Shown: piece by piece, positions 1 to 8,807 of the stretch | How positions within the stretch are numbered: the stretch's first letter is position 1 | How the letters are laid out: each line of letters begins with the position of its first letter | Source of the DNA: Patescibacteria group bacterium | Lineage (GTDB): Bacteria; Patescibacteriota; Doudnabacteria; UBA920 | Length of the DNA: 64,000 nt | Direction: 5' to 3' | NCBI GenBank assembly: GCA_023484515.1 | Contig: JAMDAY010000030.1 | Location: 1,320 to 65,319, forward strand | The notes under the pieces: generated by a model | What the model saw: only the letters and a program-made list of their open reading frames with translations | What the model was told of the DNA's origin: nothing | Databases searched by the model: none | Program-made: the position numbers and the translations under genes

Positions 1-1021
1 TAAGATTGAAACCAGCTGACAAGTTTCGTCCATCGGAATTTACACCGCCCAACCTTTTGGTTTTTGTGTCATCATAAATATAGGCATCGATGCTAACCTT
101 TGCCGTTTCTACAAAATTCCATCTTAAAGGTTCGTAGTGCGAATAGTCTGACAGCGCAGGCTTGATGTCCGTAACCAGAAGAGTCTTTTTGAGAGTAGCG
201 GGAAAATCATCCCCGAAAACTTTTCTCCACTCCTCGACGGACTTTTCCAGATCATCGTCTTCTTCAAACTCACATGCCTTTGTTGCCCGACTAAGGGCAG
301 TGCTTAGGTGGCTTTTTAGATCAGTGTCGGTTGTGGTGAGGTGGAAGTGGCTGAAAAATTCTTTTGCTAAAGTTGAAAGTTCTGTTTCCGCAAAATCGCC
401 GCTCGTAAAAAACTCCACCACCTTATTTTCTATCTGGTAAGATTTTAATTTTGCCGTACAATTTTCCGACCACTTTTTTATCATGCGGATGAGCATCCGG
501 GTCCGGCCGGTTTCCGAATCAGAATCCGCAATTCGTTGCATTTCGGCCCGGGGGTCCCACTGCTCCCAAGAGCCGCCATTTTCGGAATTGGGAATCGTGA
601 AAGTGCCGCTGTCATTTTCCCACGCAGGCAGCAGCTCGACATCGTGCTTGGTATCGGCAAATTCCAAAACTACCACTTTGCCGAAGGCCTTGATCGGCGT
701 GTCCGGATATTTCTCTTCCAAAATGCATTTAACATCCTGAAGCAGTTGGGATTGCTTGTTGGACTGGTTGTCGTTGTACTGGTCGAACTTTTCCGGCGGC
801 ATTATAAAAATAACGTCGATGTCTCGTGCGGGGCGGATATGGGTATGTTTGCCATACGACCCGATCAGCAGCTTTGTGCTGCCGTTGTATTCAAGGTCGG
901 GGTAATAAAAATCGTGAAGTTTTTTGCAAACTCCCGTGTACTTTGTTACTGCGTCCTCCCTTTGGGCGAGAGTCAGCTTTATATTTTCGTAAAATTTCTC
1001 AAATTGTTCTTGAATACTCAT
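1..1021 (-). CDS. cGAS/DncV-like nucleotidyltransferase (CD-NTase, SMODS domain); partial, 3' end runs off window start
   Basis: The minus-strand ORF is absent from the supplied track because it runs off the window edge. Translated by hand it begins MSIQEQFEKFYENIKL at 1021-1019. It contains the GS-loop plus first acidic pair (IGSYGKHTHIRPARDIDVIFIMP) and, about 75 aa later, a third acidic residue in an hDhhPA-type motif (KHDVELLPAW), followed by GGSWEQWDP. This spacing is the CD-NTase/SMODS catalytic arrangement. The plus-strand track ORFs at 483-1045 overlap it and are spurious. Confidence 0.6.
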   Translation of the reverse strand, partial: MSIQEQFEKFYENIKLTLAQREDAVTKYTGVCKKLHDFYYPDLEYNGSTKLLIGSYGKHTHIRPARDIDVIFIMPPEKFDQYNDNQSNKQSQLLQDVKCILEEKYPDTPIKAFGKVVVLEFADTKHDVELLPAWENDSGTFTIPNSENGGSWEQWDPRAEMQRIADSDSETGRTRMLIRMIKKWSENCTAKLKSYQIENKVVEFFTSGDFAETELSTLAKEFFSHFHLTTTDTDLKSHLSTALSRATKACEFEEDDDLEKSVEEWRKVFGDDFPATLKKTLLVTDIKPALSDYSHYEPLRWNFVETAKVSIDAYIYDDTKTKRLGGVNSDGRNLSAGFNL

Positions 1022-1098
1022 AGCTACGAGTTAAAACTGACTTAATTTTAACACAGGGCTTTACAAGAGGCAAAATTTGTGCTAAAATAAGAGTAGAT

Positions 1099-4000
1099 GT
1101 GCATCGGATAGGCAAGGACAATAGCCAAAACAAGGCAAATTGCCTACAAAAGTCTACTCGAAGCTTTATAACCTGTTTCTCCAAAATTAGGGAAATCGGT
1201 TTACGAAACCAAAATAAAATCAAAAATATGTCCCCACAAAAGCGGCAATTATTGCTGGCTTCGGAGCATTTAATCCCCCTGTCCGAAGCGGCTAAGCTTA
1301 CTCCATATAGCGCGGAGTATTTAGGGTATTTGGTCAGGAAAGGTAAAATCGAAGCTATAAAAATGTCCCGCGACTGGATGACTACCAAGGAAATTGTTCT
1401 TGAATATACCGGAGAACAAGAAGGGCGGCAAAGAAGGCTGTTTGAACGGTTTCAGCAGGTCAGCGCGGTTAGCCAAGCCGGCTTTATTGCGTTTAAAACT
1501 TTATTAGGAACGATATGTTTGGCAATTATTGCCACGGAAAGTGTCTTGATTGGCGGCGCGGTACATTTGCAACCGAGAAATCTTTTGTCTGAAACAGCGC
1601 ACCAAATTTATTTTAAAACATCATCTATTACAAATAAGTCGCTAGCCGTGGCTGGCAGTTATGCCGGTTATTTTAACGCCGAGCTGGACCGGACGATTTT
1701 AGCTCTTGGATTAAATATAAACAGTGACTTGGAAAGCGCGGATTATTTGGCGTGCAGCTTGGGATATCAAACTAAGCAGTTAGCCAAAAATTTAATTACC
1801 GACGTCAAAGCGCCGTACATTGCTGCTGGCGATGTTATTCGTTCGGCCCTTGGCGAACAAGCAACGCAAGCTGCCTGGGCTTTTGGCAATGCCAAAAGCG
1901 GATGGAACCAAATGGCTTTATTTTATAATAATCAGTTAAGTGTAGTGGCGCACAATGCAGCACACATGGCAAAACCAGCTGTCTCAAACAGCTGGAATAA
2001 TGTGGTAGAAAATGTGGGGCTGTTGGATAAACTTGCCGGAAATAATTTTAGTACAGACTCTTATGTTTCCAAGGATAGTCATTTGATTTCAGGATCACAG
2101 GTCGTAGCCCAAAATGACACAAAGGGTAAAGTCCTCGGTAAAACTATTTCTGTTAAACCAGCTGTTCCGACTGCCAGCAAAATCGCCACTGTCAAACCGA
2201 AAGCAACAGCCATTAACCAAAGACCAAAAACTCAACCCGTTAAATCCGCAGTAATAACTTATTCAGCCGCTGACCCTAGTTACATAAACCAGCTTATTGA
2301 CTCCCGCTTAAACCAGTATCTGGCGGCAGGTAAGTTCAAAGGCGCAAAGGGCGACAAAGGCGATGCGGGAGGAATGGTTACCGGCAGCAACGGCCAGCAG
2401 ACCGTGGCGGTTGGCGGCTATCCTTTAGTCACTTATTATCCTTCCAACCCCGCCCAAAACTTTAGCGGTGCGTCGCTTGCCGGATTTACGGACTTGTCTT
2501 CCAATAATTTTTCCACTGGCAAGGCAACCGTTAGTAATACTCTAACCGTAAGTGGTGCGGCCTCTTTTCTTAATACCGCTTCCTTTGCCACTACTACCAT
2601 TTCTTCCTTGGCAGTTTCCGGTACAGCCACATTGCCAAATATTGCCACTACCACTATCTCCAGCCTTACGGTCTCCGGGCCCGTAACTCTTTCCGGTTCT
2701 GCTACTATTGTAGGTTTGACCGTAACCGGCTTAAATCCGGGGCTTGCTTTGGGCAGCGTGGCGTTCCAGGGAGATGCCGGTCTTGCGGAAGACAACAGTA
2801 ATTTTTATTGGGATAAAACCAATCACAGGCTGGGTGTAGGTACTAGTTCTCCGGTTACTGCTTTGCAGGTTGCAGGTATCGCGACGTTGTCAGGCCTGCA
2901 AGTTTTTGGCAACTCAACTACGACCGGCAACCAAGTTATTGGCGGTAATAATTCAGTTTCAGGCAACCAAAATATTTCCGGGCTTTCCAGTTTAGCCACC
3001 ACAACCGTTACTCGCCTTACTGCCACAGGTTCCACGACCATCCAAACTTTAACCGCTGGCGTGGTCCGTTCCACTTCGGGCGGAGATTTATTTGTCGGTC
3101 AAATTAATAACGCCGATTTAGTCAATTCGTCCCTGACAGTCACGGCTGGGACGGGATTAACCAGTGGTGGCAGCGTGTCTTTAGGCGGCTCCACTTCTTT
3201 GGGCGTGGCTTATGGAGCGGCACTGGGCACAGCGGTACAAGGTAACACTCAATTAACCGTAACAGCCGGTACTAATTTGACCGGCGGTGGCACTATTACT
3301 TTGGGTTTGGGCGGCACTTTGGCTTTAGCCGTTTCATCAACCCCAACCTTTACCACTATAAATGGGCTGACATTAACAGCAGGCACCGGAACACTGGCTT
3401 TAAATAATAATACTTTGACTGTTACCGGTAATTCCACGATCAATCAAAATTTAACCACAACTTCCACGCCAGCCTTTACCGGCCTAGCTGTTAATGGGAT
3501 ATTAACTGTAACGGGCGCGTCCAATTTAGCAACCGCGACCATTACTTCCCTGGCCGTTTCCGGCCCTGCCGTGTTAAGCGGTTCAACCACCATTGCCAGC
3601 TTAACTGTTTCCGGAATATCAACTTTGCAAAATTTAAATTTTGCAATCGCCACGGGCACCAGTTTGACTGTACTTTCTACCAGCACGTTAAATTCAGTTT
3701 TTGCGGTTAGCCTCACCGTTACAGGTACCAGTACTTTGGCAACTACCTCTGTTACAAATCTATCCGTAACAGGTCCGGCAGTCTTTAATTCCTTAACCGC
3801 CAGTGGTACCGTGTTCAGCAGCGCGAATTTAATCGGCACCACCACCTCTTACGGGCTTTTAACCATTCAGGGCAGCGGCACTTCTTCTCCGTTCACCGTG
3901 CTTTCCGCGCCTGACGCTTCTTCATCAGTCAGCACAATTTTGGCCGTCTCCAGCGTCGGCAATATTAGTATGGGTTTGGCGGCCACAACCAGCACCAGTT

Positions 4001-5379
4001 CATTGGTTTCCCGTTTGAATATAACCGGCGTGGGTACAACTACGGCTTCTTCTTCCTTGAATATCCAGAATTCTGCCGGACTGGCGCTTTTATTTGCCCG
4101 TAATGACGGACAAATAGGCATTGGCACCACCTCGCCTAATGCCACGCTCGCCATTCAGGGTACCGCCGGTTCCACGGCCCAGCTTTTTGATGTGGCCTCT
4201 TCCACCGGCATTTCCTATTTCCATATTACTTCCTCCGGCCAAGTCGGCATTGGCACCTCCACGCCCGCCGCGCTTCTGTATCTTTATTCCACCTCCACCA
4301 GCACGCCGTTATTTGCCATTGCCACTGCCACTAACGCCAGTATTTTTAATATCTTAGCCAACGGCTATACGGGAGTCGGGAAAATTCCGTTGCGTCCTTT
4401 GGATGTTAATGGTATTGCCCGGGCCGATAGTTTTGAACAAAACTGCCCAGCCGGATATATTTGGGTTCCAGGCTCGGCCAAATACGGCACGCTTCCCGGT
4501 TTTTGCGCTATGAAATATGTCGCTTCTTCCGATGGTACTACTAACTGCAATGGCGCCGCTTGTCCGGTGTCAACAGCCGCTAATTTGCCGTGGGTTTCCA
4601 TTAATTGGAACCAGTCCCAAACCGCCTGCCAGTCTTTGGGTCTGAATTATCACCTTATTTCCGACCAGGAATGGATGACTATAGCCGACAACGCGGGCCA
4701 TACGCCGATTAACGATTTAGACAGCGCCGCGGGTTTGCAAATGGCCAATGGCCACAGCGACAACGCTCCGGCCAATGCTTTGGCTTCTTCGGCAGGCAGC
4801 GATCCGGTAGTTTCCGGCTGCAATTTGAACAAACCTATGTATGACGCCAGTAATGCTTATGTTGCAGGTTCTTGCGAGATCCGCGGGGCAGGCAGCGGCG
4901 GTTATACGGATGCGGATAAAGGTTATTATGGCACCGGCCAGCAATACGCCACCACCGGATATTCTTCCGGCGGCTCTAACAGTTCCCAAATGCGCACCAA
5001 AGTTTTGAGTAACGGCACCGTGATTTGGGATATAGGCGGTAATGTTTGGCAGTGGACCGACGCTTATATTTACAGCGCCACTTCCACCGAGCCTACGGAA
5101 ATGCCAACTCCGGCTGACCAAAACTGGCACAATTATTCGTCTATTACTAATTATAAAGGCCTGAATTATATTCGTCCCTGGTTGCAAACTTTAACCAGTT
5201 CTAACGGTATAGGTCAAATCTATACCAGTAATACCAATGCTGATGACGGTAGCGGTTACCACGCCTTCGAACGCGGCGCCGGTTGGGGCATTGGGTCGGC
5301 TGCCGGGGCCTTTGCCCTGATTCTGAACTATGGTCCGTCCTTTACGTTCGGCGACATTGGTTTTCGGTGCTCCCGTTGA
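1099..5379 (+). CDS. DGR target protein: 1426-aa surface protein with N-terminal HTH-like segment, one TM helix, long Thr/Ser/Gly/Leu-rich beta-helix-like repeat region, a short collagen-like GxK run, and a C-terminal C-type-lectin/FGE-sulfatase-like domain carrying the variable region
   Basis: Long ORF. The N-terminus (SEAAKLTPYSAEYLGYLVRKGKIEAIKMSRDWMTTKEI) resembles an excisionase/MerR-type HTH. A TM helix follows (LGTICLAIIATESVLIGGAV). The central region has hundreds of residues of LTVTGxSTL-type repeats and one GAKGDKGDAGG run. The C-terminus has the CLec/FGE hallmarks WNQSQTACQSLG, HLISDQEWMTIA, GGNVWQWTDAYI, ERGAGWGIGSAAGAF and IGFRCSR. The last 120 nt are the VR. An alternative start exists at ATG 1225 (MSPQKRQ). 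Confidence 0.85.
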   Translation: MHRIGKDNSQNKANCLQKSTRSFITCFSKIREIGLRNQNKIKNMSPQKRQLLLASEHLIPLSEAAKLTPYSAEYLGYLVRKGKIEAIKMSRDWMTTKEIVLEYTGEQEGRQRRLFERFQQVSAVSQAGFIAFKTLLGTICLAIIATESVLIGGAVHLQPRNLLSETAHQIYFKTSSITNKSLAVAGSYAGYFNAELDRTILALGLNINSDLESADYLACSLGYQTKQLAKNLITDVKAPYIAAGDVIRSALGEQATQAAWAFGNAKSGWNQMALFYNNQLSVVAHNAAHMAKPAVSNSWNNVVENVGLLDKLAGNNFSTDSYVSKDSHLISGSQVVAQNDTKGKVLGKTISVKPAVPTASKIATVKPKATAINQRPKTQPVKSAVITYSAADPSYINQLIDSRLNQYLAAGKFKGAKGDKGDAGGMVTGSNGQQTVAVGGYPLVTYYPSNPAQNFSGASLAGFTDLSSNNFSTGKATVSNTLTVSGAASFLNTASFATTTISSLAVSGTATLPNIATTTISSLTVSGPVTLSGSATIVGLTVTGLNPGLALGSVAFQGDAGLAEDNSNFYWDKTNHRLGVGTSSPVTALQVAGIATLSGLQVFGNSTTTGNQVIGGNNSVSGNQNISGLSSLATTTVTRLTATGSTTIQTLTAGVVRSTSGGDLFVGQINNADLVNSSLTVTAGTGLTSGGSVSLGGSTSLGVAYGAALGTAVQGNTQLTVTAGTNLTGGGTITLGLGGTLALAVSSTPTFTTINGLTLTAGTGTLALNNNTLTVTGNSTINQNLTTTSTPAFTGLAVNGILTVTGASNLATATITSLAVSGPAVLSGSTTIASLTVSGISTLQNLNFAIATGTSLTVLSTSTLNSVFAVSLTVTGTSTLATTSVTNLSVTGPAVFNSLTASGTVFSSANLIGTTTSYGLLTIQGSGTSSPFTVLSAPDASSSVSTILAVSSVGNISMGLAATTSTSSLVSRLNITGVGTTTASSSLNIQNSAGLALLFARNDGQIGIGTTSPNATLAIQGTAGSTAQLFDVASSTGISYFHITSSGQVGIGTSTPAALLYLYSTSTSTPLFAIATATNASIFNILANGYTGVGKIPLRPLDVNGIARADSFEQNCPAGYIWVPGSAKYGTLPGFCAMKYVASSDGTTNCNGAACPVSTAANLPWVSINWNQSQTACQSLGLNYHLISDQEWMTIADNAGHTPINDLDSAAGLQMANGHSDNAPANALASSAGSDPVVSGCNLNKPMYDASNAYVAGSCEIRGAGSGGYTDADKGYYGTGQQYATTGYSSGGSNSSQMRTKVLSNGTVIWDIGGNVWQWTDAYIYSATSTEPTEMPTPADQNWHNYSSITNYKGLNYIRPWLQTLTSSNGIGQIYTSNTNADDGSGYHAFERGAGWGIGSAAGAFALILNYGPSFTFGDIGFRCSR

Positions 5380-5407
5380 GGCTGGTTGAGGCGGGTTCGC
5401 GAGGGGT
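5260..5407 (+). repeat. DGR variable region (VR) at the 3' end of the target gene, with the IMH region extending past the stop codon
   Basis: This 148-bp segment aligns base-for-base with TR 6575-6722. All of about 17 mismatches fall at positions where the TR has A (A->G, C or T). The 3' part (attggttttcggtgctcccgttgaggctggttgaggcgggttcgcgaggggt) is identical in both. The stop codon TGA lies at 5377-5379, inside the invariant IMH. Confidence 0.9.
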
Positions 5408-5497
5408 TTCCTGGAAATTTAGCAATAACTTAGTTTAAAGCCCAAAATTTTGGAACCGTAAGAACGGTGAATCTAAAATCAAAAATCTAATAATCTA

Positions 5498-5538
5498 AAA
5501 AACCCGCCCCTTCGGGGCGGGTTTTCAAAATTTTTTTA
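5498..5538 (+). terminator. Rho-independent terminator downstream of DGR target gene
   Basis: The sequence acccgcccc-ttcg-gggcgggt forms a GC-rich hairpin followed by ttttcaaaattttttt. Confidence 0.8.
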
Positions 5539-5596
5539 TGGTTCTACGTCAAAATATAATACCTATTCCAGTTTTGCCATTTTTCATAGCAGAAAA

Positions 5597-5896
5597 TTAA
5601 GGAGTTTGCGGAAATGGTTCCAAAGAAAGGATGTCTTTGGCTTCTTTAGTGGAAATGATTTTGTTTTTTTCCAAAACTGATACCAAGGCCAAAAGCTTGC
5701 GGTCTTCTTTTTTTATCAAAACGGTGAGGTCGCCTTTCAAATCCAAAAGCTTTTCGTCCAGATAATCTTTGGTGACCATATTCTGCTCAATTTTTGTGAC
5801 CCGGCTCTCAAGTCCGTCAAACCTTTTTTCCACTTTATTGGAAAACACTTGGACTGCTTCCAGCACGTCGCTGATGGTTGGTTCGTTTTTTGGCAT
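5597..5896 (-). CDS. hypothetical small coiled-coil protein
   Basis: ORF 5597-5953; the likely start is MPKNEPTISDV at 5896. The product is predicted charged and helical (LESRVTKIEQNMVTKDYLDEKLLDLKGDLTVLIKKEDRKLLALVSVLEKNK). It sits between the DGR VR and Avd on the opposite strand. Confidence 0.45.
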   Translation of the reverse strand: MPKNEPTISDVLEAVQVFSNKVEKRFDGLESRVTKIEQNMVTKDYLDEKLLDLKGDLTVLIKKEDRKLLALVSVLEKNKIISTKEAKDILSLEPFPQTP

Positions 5897-6121
5897 ATGT
5901 TTATATGTTAGTATCCGTAATTGCAGTATAGGCCGCCTGGTTTTGGTTGTCAATCATAATCCGCAATTATCAAGACGGCAAACGCGCTAAAATCTTTCAA
6001 GTTTTCCACTTTTTATTATTTGGATAATGTTGTAAAATAAAAATAAGCGCTAAAGCGATTAAAAACCCGAGAAACAAAAAGCAAGAAAATTTGCGCTACA
6101 TAATTGAAGGAGGATTTTTTT

Positions 6122-6493
6122 ATGTTGTCTGATTTGTTAGTCTTTCAAAAAGTTTACGAGTTCGTGCTGTGGGTTAAGCCAACTGTCCAGCGGTTTGAAA
6201 GGGTACATAAATATAGTTTAGGTCAGCAATTGGAGAATGAAACTTTGCAGCTGCTCAAAGACGTGGCTAGGGCCAACTTAAAGCGCGATAAAGCCGCAAG
6301 TATAGAAGACTGCCTGGTGTGTTATGAATTGGTTAAAGTGCTGGTTCGATTAAGCAAAGATTTTAAATTATTGAGCATAAAACAATACGAATTTGCCGCA
6401 GTCAGGCTTGACGAAATAGGCAGGCTTTTAAACGGGTGGAAAAATAAATTCGGCAATATAAACAAGCCGCTTTCGCTCCAAAAGAATACTTAA
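6122..6493 (+). CDS. avd: DGR accessory variability determinant (Avd)-like four-helix-bundle protein
   Basis: A 123-aa ORF preceded by a GGAGG box 8 nt upstream of ATG 6122. It lies between the VR and TR, the usual Avd position. Its sequence (FQKVYEFVLWVKPTVQRFERVHKYSLGQQLENETLQLLKDVARAN) follows the same pattern as the four-helix-bundle/IVS-protein family member at 57764-58186 (FPKEEMFGLAIQIIRAAVSITSNIAEG). Confidence 0.65.
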   Translation: MLSDLLVFQKVYEFVLWVKPTVQRFERVHKYSLGQQLENETLQLLKDVARANLKRDKAASIEDCLVCYELVKVLVRLSKDFKLLSIKQYEFAAVRLDEIGRLLNGWKNKFGNINKPLSLQKNT

Positions 6494-6574
6494 ACAAATT
6501 ATAAGCCGAAAGTCCGTAATTACGTTTATGGATTTTTCGTTTATGGTTTTACGGATTTTAGGGACAAAGCGAAT

Positions 6575-6722
6575 AACGCCTTCAAACGCGGCGCCAATTG
6601 GAACAATGGGTCGAATGCCGGGGCCTTTGCCCTGAATCTGAACAATGGTCCGTCCAATACGAACAGCAACATTGGTTTTCGGTGCTCCCGTTGAGGCTGG
6701 TTGAGGCGGGTTCGCGAGGGGT
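6575..6722 (+). repeat. DGR template repeat (TR)
   Basis: This non-coding 148-bp copy of the VR is adenine/AAC-rich (aattggaacaatggg, ccaatacgaacagcaac). It differs from the VR only at A positions and shares the GC-rich IMH-like 3' end. It lies between Avd and the RT. Confidence 0.9.
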
Positions 6723-6979
6723 GGGTAACACCCTGGCCAAGAAATTGGCCTTGCTGGAATTTTTATCTCCTACGGGAATAAAAAGAGAGCACTATAAACC
6801 CCAGCTTTGCTCCTTCTTGAGTAAGCCTTTTTGGGCTGAAAGGGAAAATATGGGCCGTTACCCCAAAAGCGTAAGGATTATCTTTCGGGTTTGGGTAAAG
6901 TAAAATAGGTCCTTTCGTGGGATGGGTATTTTCTACGTCGTCTTTATGGGCCGGGAAGATACCCATCTTGCTATATTAT

Positions 6980-7996
6980 ATGTTCAACAAAGTTTGCAGT
7001 TTCGAAAATCTCTATCAGGCATACATAAGAGCCCGCAGATGCAAACGGCAGCGCGATTACGTTTTGGAATTTGACGCCCACGCCGAAGAGAACCTGCTGG
7101 CCTTAAAAAATGAATTAAAGGAAGGCAATTATTGCCACGGCGGATATAAGGAAATGGTTGTCTGTGATTCCAAAAAACGGCTTATTAAAGTCGCGCCTTT
7201 TAGGGACCGGATTGTCCACCACGCCTTGTGCGCGGCTATTGAGCCAATTTTTGACAAAGGCTTTATTTTTGATACGTATGCCTGCAGGAACGGCAAGGGT
7301 ACGCACAGCGCCGTAAAAAAGCTGCAGCAATTTTTGAGGCAGCCGGAAGCGCGGTATTGTTTGAAATGCGACATATCCAAATATTTTGCCAGCATTGACC
7401 ATGAAATATTATATCTTCTCATTTGTGAAAAAATAACTGACGAAAACACTTTAAAACTTATCAGGAAAATTATAGATTCCAGCTATGACCGCCTTGTTTA
7501 CGAGGATTTATTTACCGTCCGCAAGACCGGTATTCCGATTGGCAACCTGACTTCCCAATTGTTCGCCAATATTTATTTAAGCGAGTTAGATAATTTCGTC
7601 AAGCATAAACTTAGGGAAAAATTCTATTTGCGGTATATGGATGATTTTTTGGTGCTGGGAAATGAAAAATTACGGTTGGGGCGGATAAAATCCATAATTA
7701 GGCAATTCTTGAGCAGCCGGATGCGCCTTGTTTTGCATCCGAAAAAAGCTGAAATTTTTCCGGTGCGTGGCGGGGTGGATTTTTTGGGTTATAAAGTTTT
7801 TATTAATTACAGACTGCTGCGCAAGAGCACCGTGCGGAGGTTTTTGGCAAAATACCGGCGCGGCAGAAAGCTGGTGAGTTCGGGTAAGATGGAAGAAAAA
7901 ACTTTACGCGATTCGGTACGGTCCTGGCTGGCTTACGCCAAATTCGGCAACTCTTGGAAACTGCGCCAAGAGTTGCAGATTAAGTGGCTGAAATGA
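6980..7996 (+). CDS. DGR reverse transcriptase
   Basis: The RT motifs are present: KCDISKYFASIDH, the DGR-specific IGNLTSQLFANIYL (IGxxxSQ rather than group-II QGxxxSP) and YMDDFLVLG. The N-terminus (FENLYQAYIRARRCKRQ) is typical of DGR RTs. The ORF opens at 6917, but the likely start is M 6980. Confidence 0.9.
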   Translation: MFNKVCSFENLYQAYIRARRCKRQRDYVLEFDAHAEENLLALKNELKEGNYCHGGYKEMVVCDSKKRLIKVAPFRDRIVHHALCAAIEPIFDKGFIFDTYACRNGKGTHSAVKKLQQFLRQPEARYCLKCDISKYFASIDHEILYLLICEKITDENTLKLIRKIIDSSYDRLVYEDLFTVRKTGIPIGNLTSQLFANIYLSELDNFVKHKLREKFYLRYMDDFLVLGNEKLRLGRIKSIIRQFLSSRMRLVLHPKKAEIFPVRGGVDFLGYKVFINYRLLRKSTVRRFLAKYRRGRKLVSSGKMEEKTLRDSVRSWLAYAKFGNSWKLRQELQIKWLK

Positions 7997-8042
7997 ACTA
8001 AAATATAAGCTTGTAAATTTTGAAAAACGCTCCTGAAGGAGC

Positions 8043-8070
8043 GCTTTTTCGTTATCTCTGGCAAAAATTC
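8043..8070 (+). terminator. Rho-independent terminator after DGR RT
   Basis: The sequence acgctcc-tgaa-ggagcgc forms a hairpin followed by tttttcg. Confidence 0.75.
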
Positions 8071-8235
8071 CTTTTGCTTACCTTAGGGCTTCCCATTGTA
8101 ACTCTGGGTTTTTGGCCGTCAAGGGTAAAACCTTTTTATCTGCCGTCAGCCATAAATCGGTTTTAATCCCTGTGACTGCCAAAACATTCCAGAGTTCTTT
8201 TGCTTGCCATAACAAGTTAAGCAAAAAGGAGTTTT

Positions 8236-8718
8236 ATGGAATACCAAATCAACATAAATTACCAGTTCACGGCCGAGAGCGAGGCTGAGGCCAACGACAA
8301 GGCCAAACAATACCTCAGCGATAACCTCACGGTTAAACCTTTGCCGGAGTCCATACTCAGCCCGCTGGAGGTAGCCGCAAAGTGCCAGGATTTCCGAAAG
8401 AAAAAGAAAGAACACTTCTGCGTCTTTTTCCTGGATACCCAAAACCACATTCTTGGCCGAGAAACGGTCAGCATTGGCACGCTGAATGCCAGCCTGGTCC
8501 ATCCCCGAGAATGTTTCCGGACGGCGATCGTAAAAACCGCGGCTTCGGTCATTTTCGTCCACAACCATCCCAGCGACAGCCTGGAGCCGTCTCCCGAAGA
8601 CCTCCAAGTTACCAGACGACTAAAAGACGCCGGAAAACTTCTGGGTATTGAGGTGTTAGACAACGTGATTGTCACGGCCGAAGCTTTTGTCAGCATGAAA
8701 GAGCGAAACCTCCTTTAG
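8236..8718 (+). CDS. radC: RadC-like JAB/MPN domain protein
   Basis: The sequence VIFVHNHPSDSLEPSPEDLQVTRRLKDAGKLLGIEVLDNVIV matches the RadC C-terminal JAMM-like domain. An AAAAAGGAG box lies 6 nt upstream of the ATG. Confidence 0.8.
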   Translation: MEYQININYQFTAESEAEANDKAKQYLSDNLTVKPLPESILSPLEVAAKCQDFRKKKKEHFCVFFLDTQNHILGRETVSIGTLNASLVHPRECFRTAIVKTAASVIFVHNHPSDSLEPSPEDLQVTRRLKDAGKLLGIEVLDNVIVTAEAFVSMKERNLL

Positions 8719-8807
8719 AAAGCTACTAAAGGAGGAAAATATATGGTAATGCGCTTTACCCCAGCCCACCCGTGCGTGCGCATTTATCTATAAACTCCCA
8801 ATAAGTA

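Noticed and set aside
483-1045. Plus-strand track ORFs 483-740, 536-1045 and 826-1023
   Set aside because: They overlap the minus-strand CD-NTase ORF, which has clear catalytic motifs. The plus-strand products are compositionally odd and lack motifs.
2436-5187. Multiple antisense ORFs inside the DGR target gene (for example 2436-2795, 3444-3845, 4717-5187)
   Set aside because: They arise from the repetitive, GC-biased repeat region. The sense ORF is continuous for 1426 aa and ends in a recognisable domain.
6598-6966. ORFs 6598-6903 (+) and 6763-6966 (-)
   Set aside because: They overlap the DGR template repeat, which is non-coding by definition and differs from the VR only at adenines. The ORFs are short with no motifs.
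8146-8696. Minus-strand ORFs antisense to radC
   Set aside because: The plus-strand RadC has a clear JAB motif and a ribosome-binding site. The antisense ORFs are spurious.
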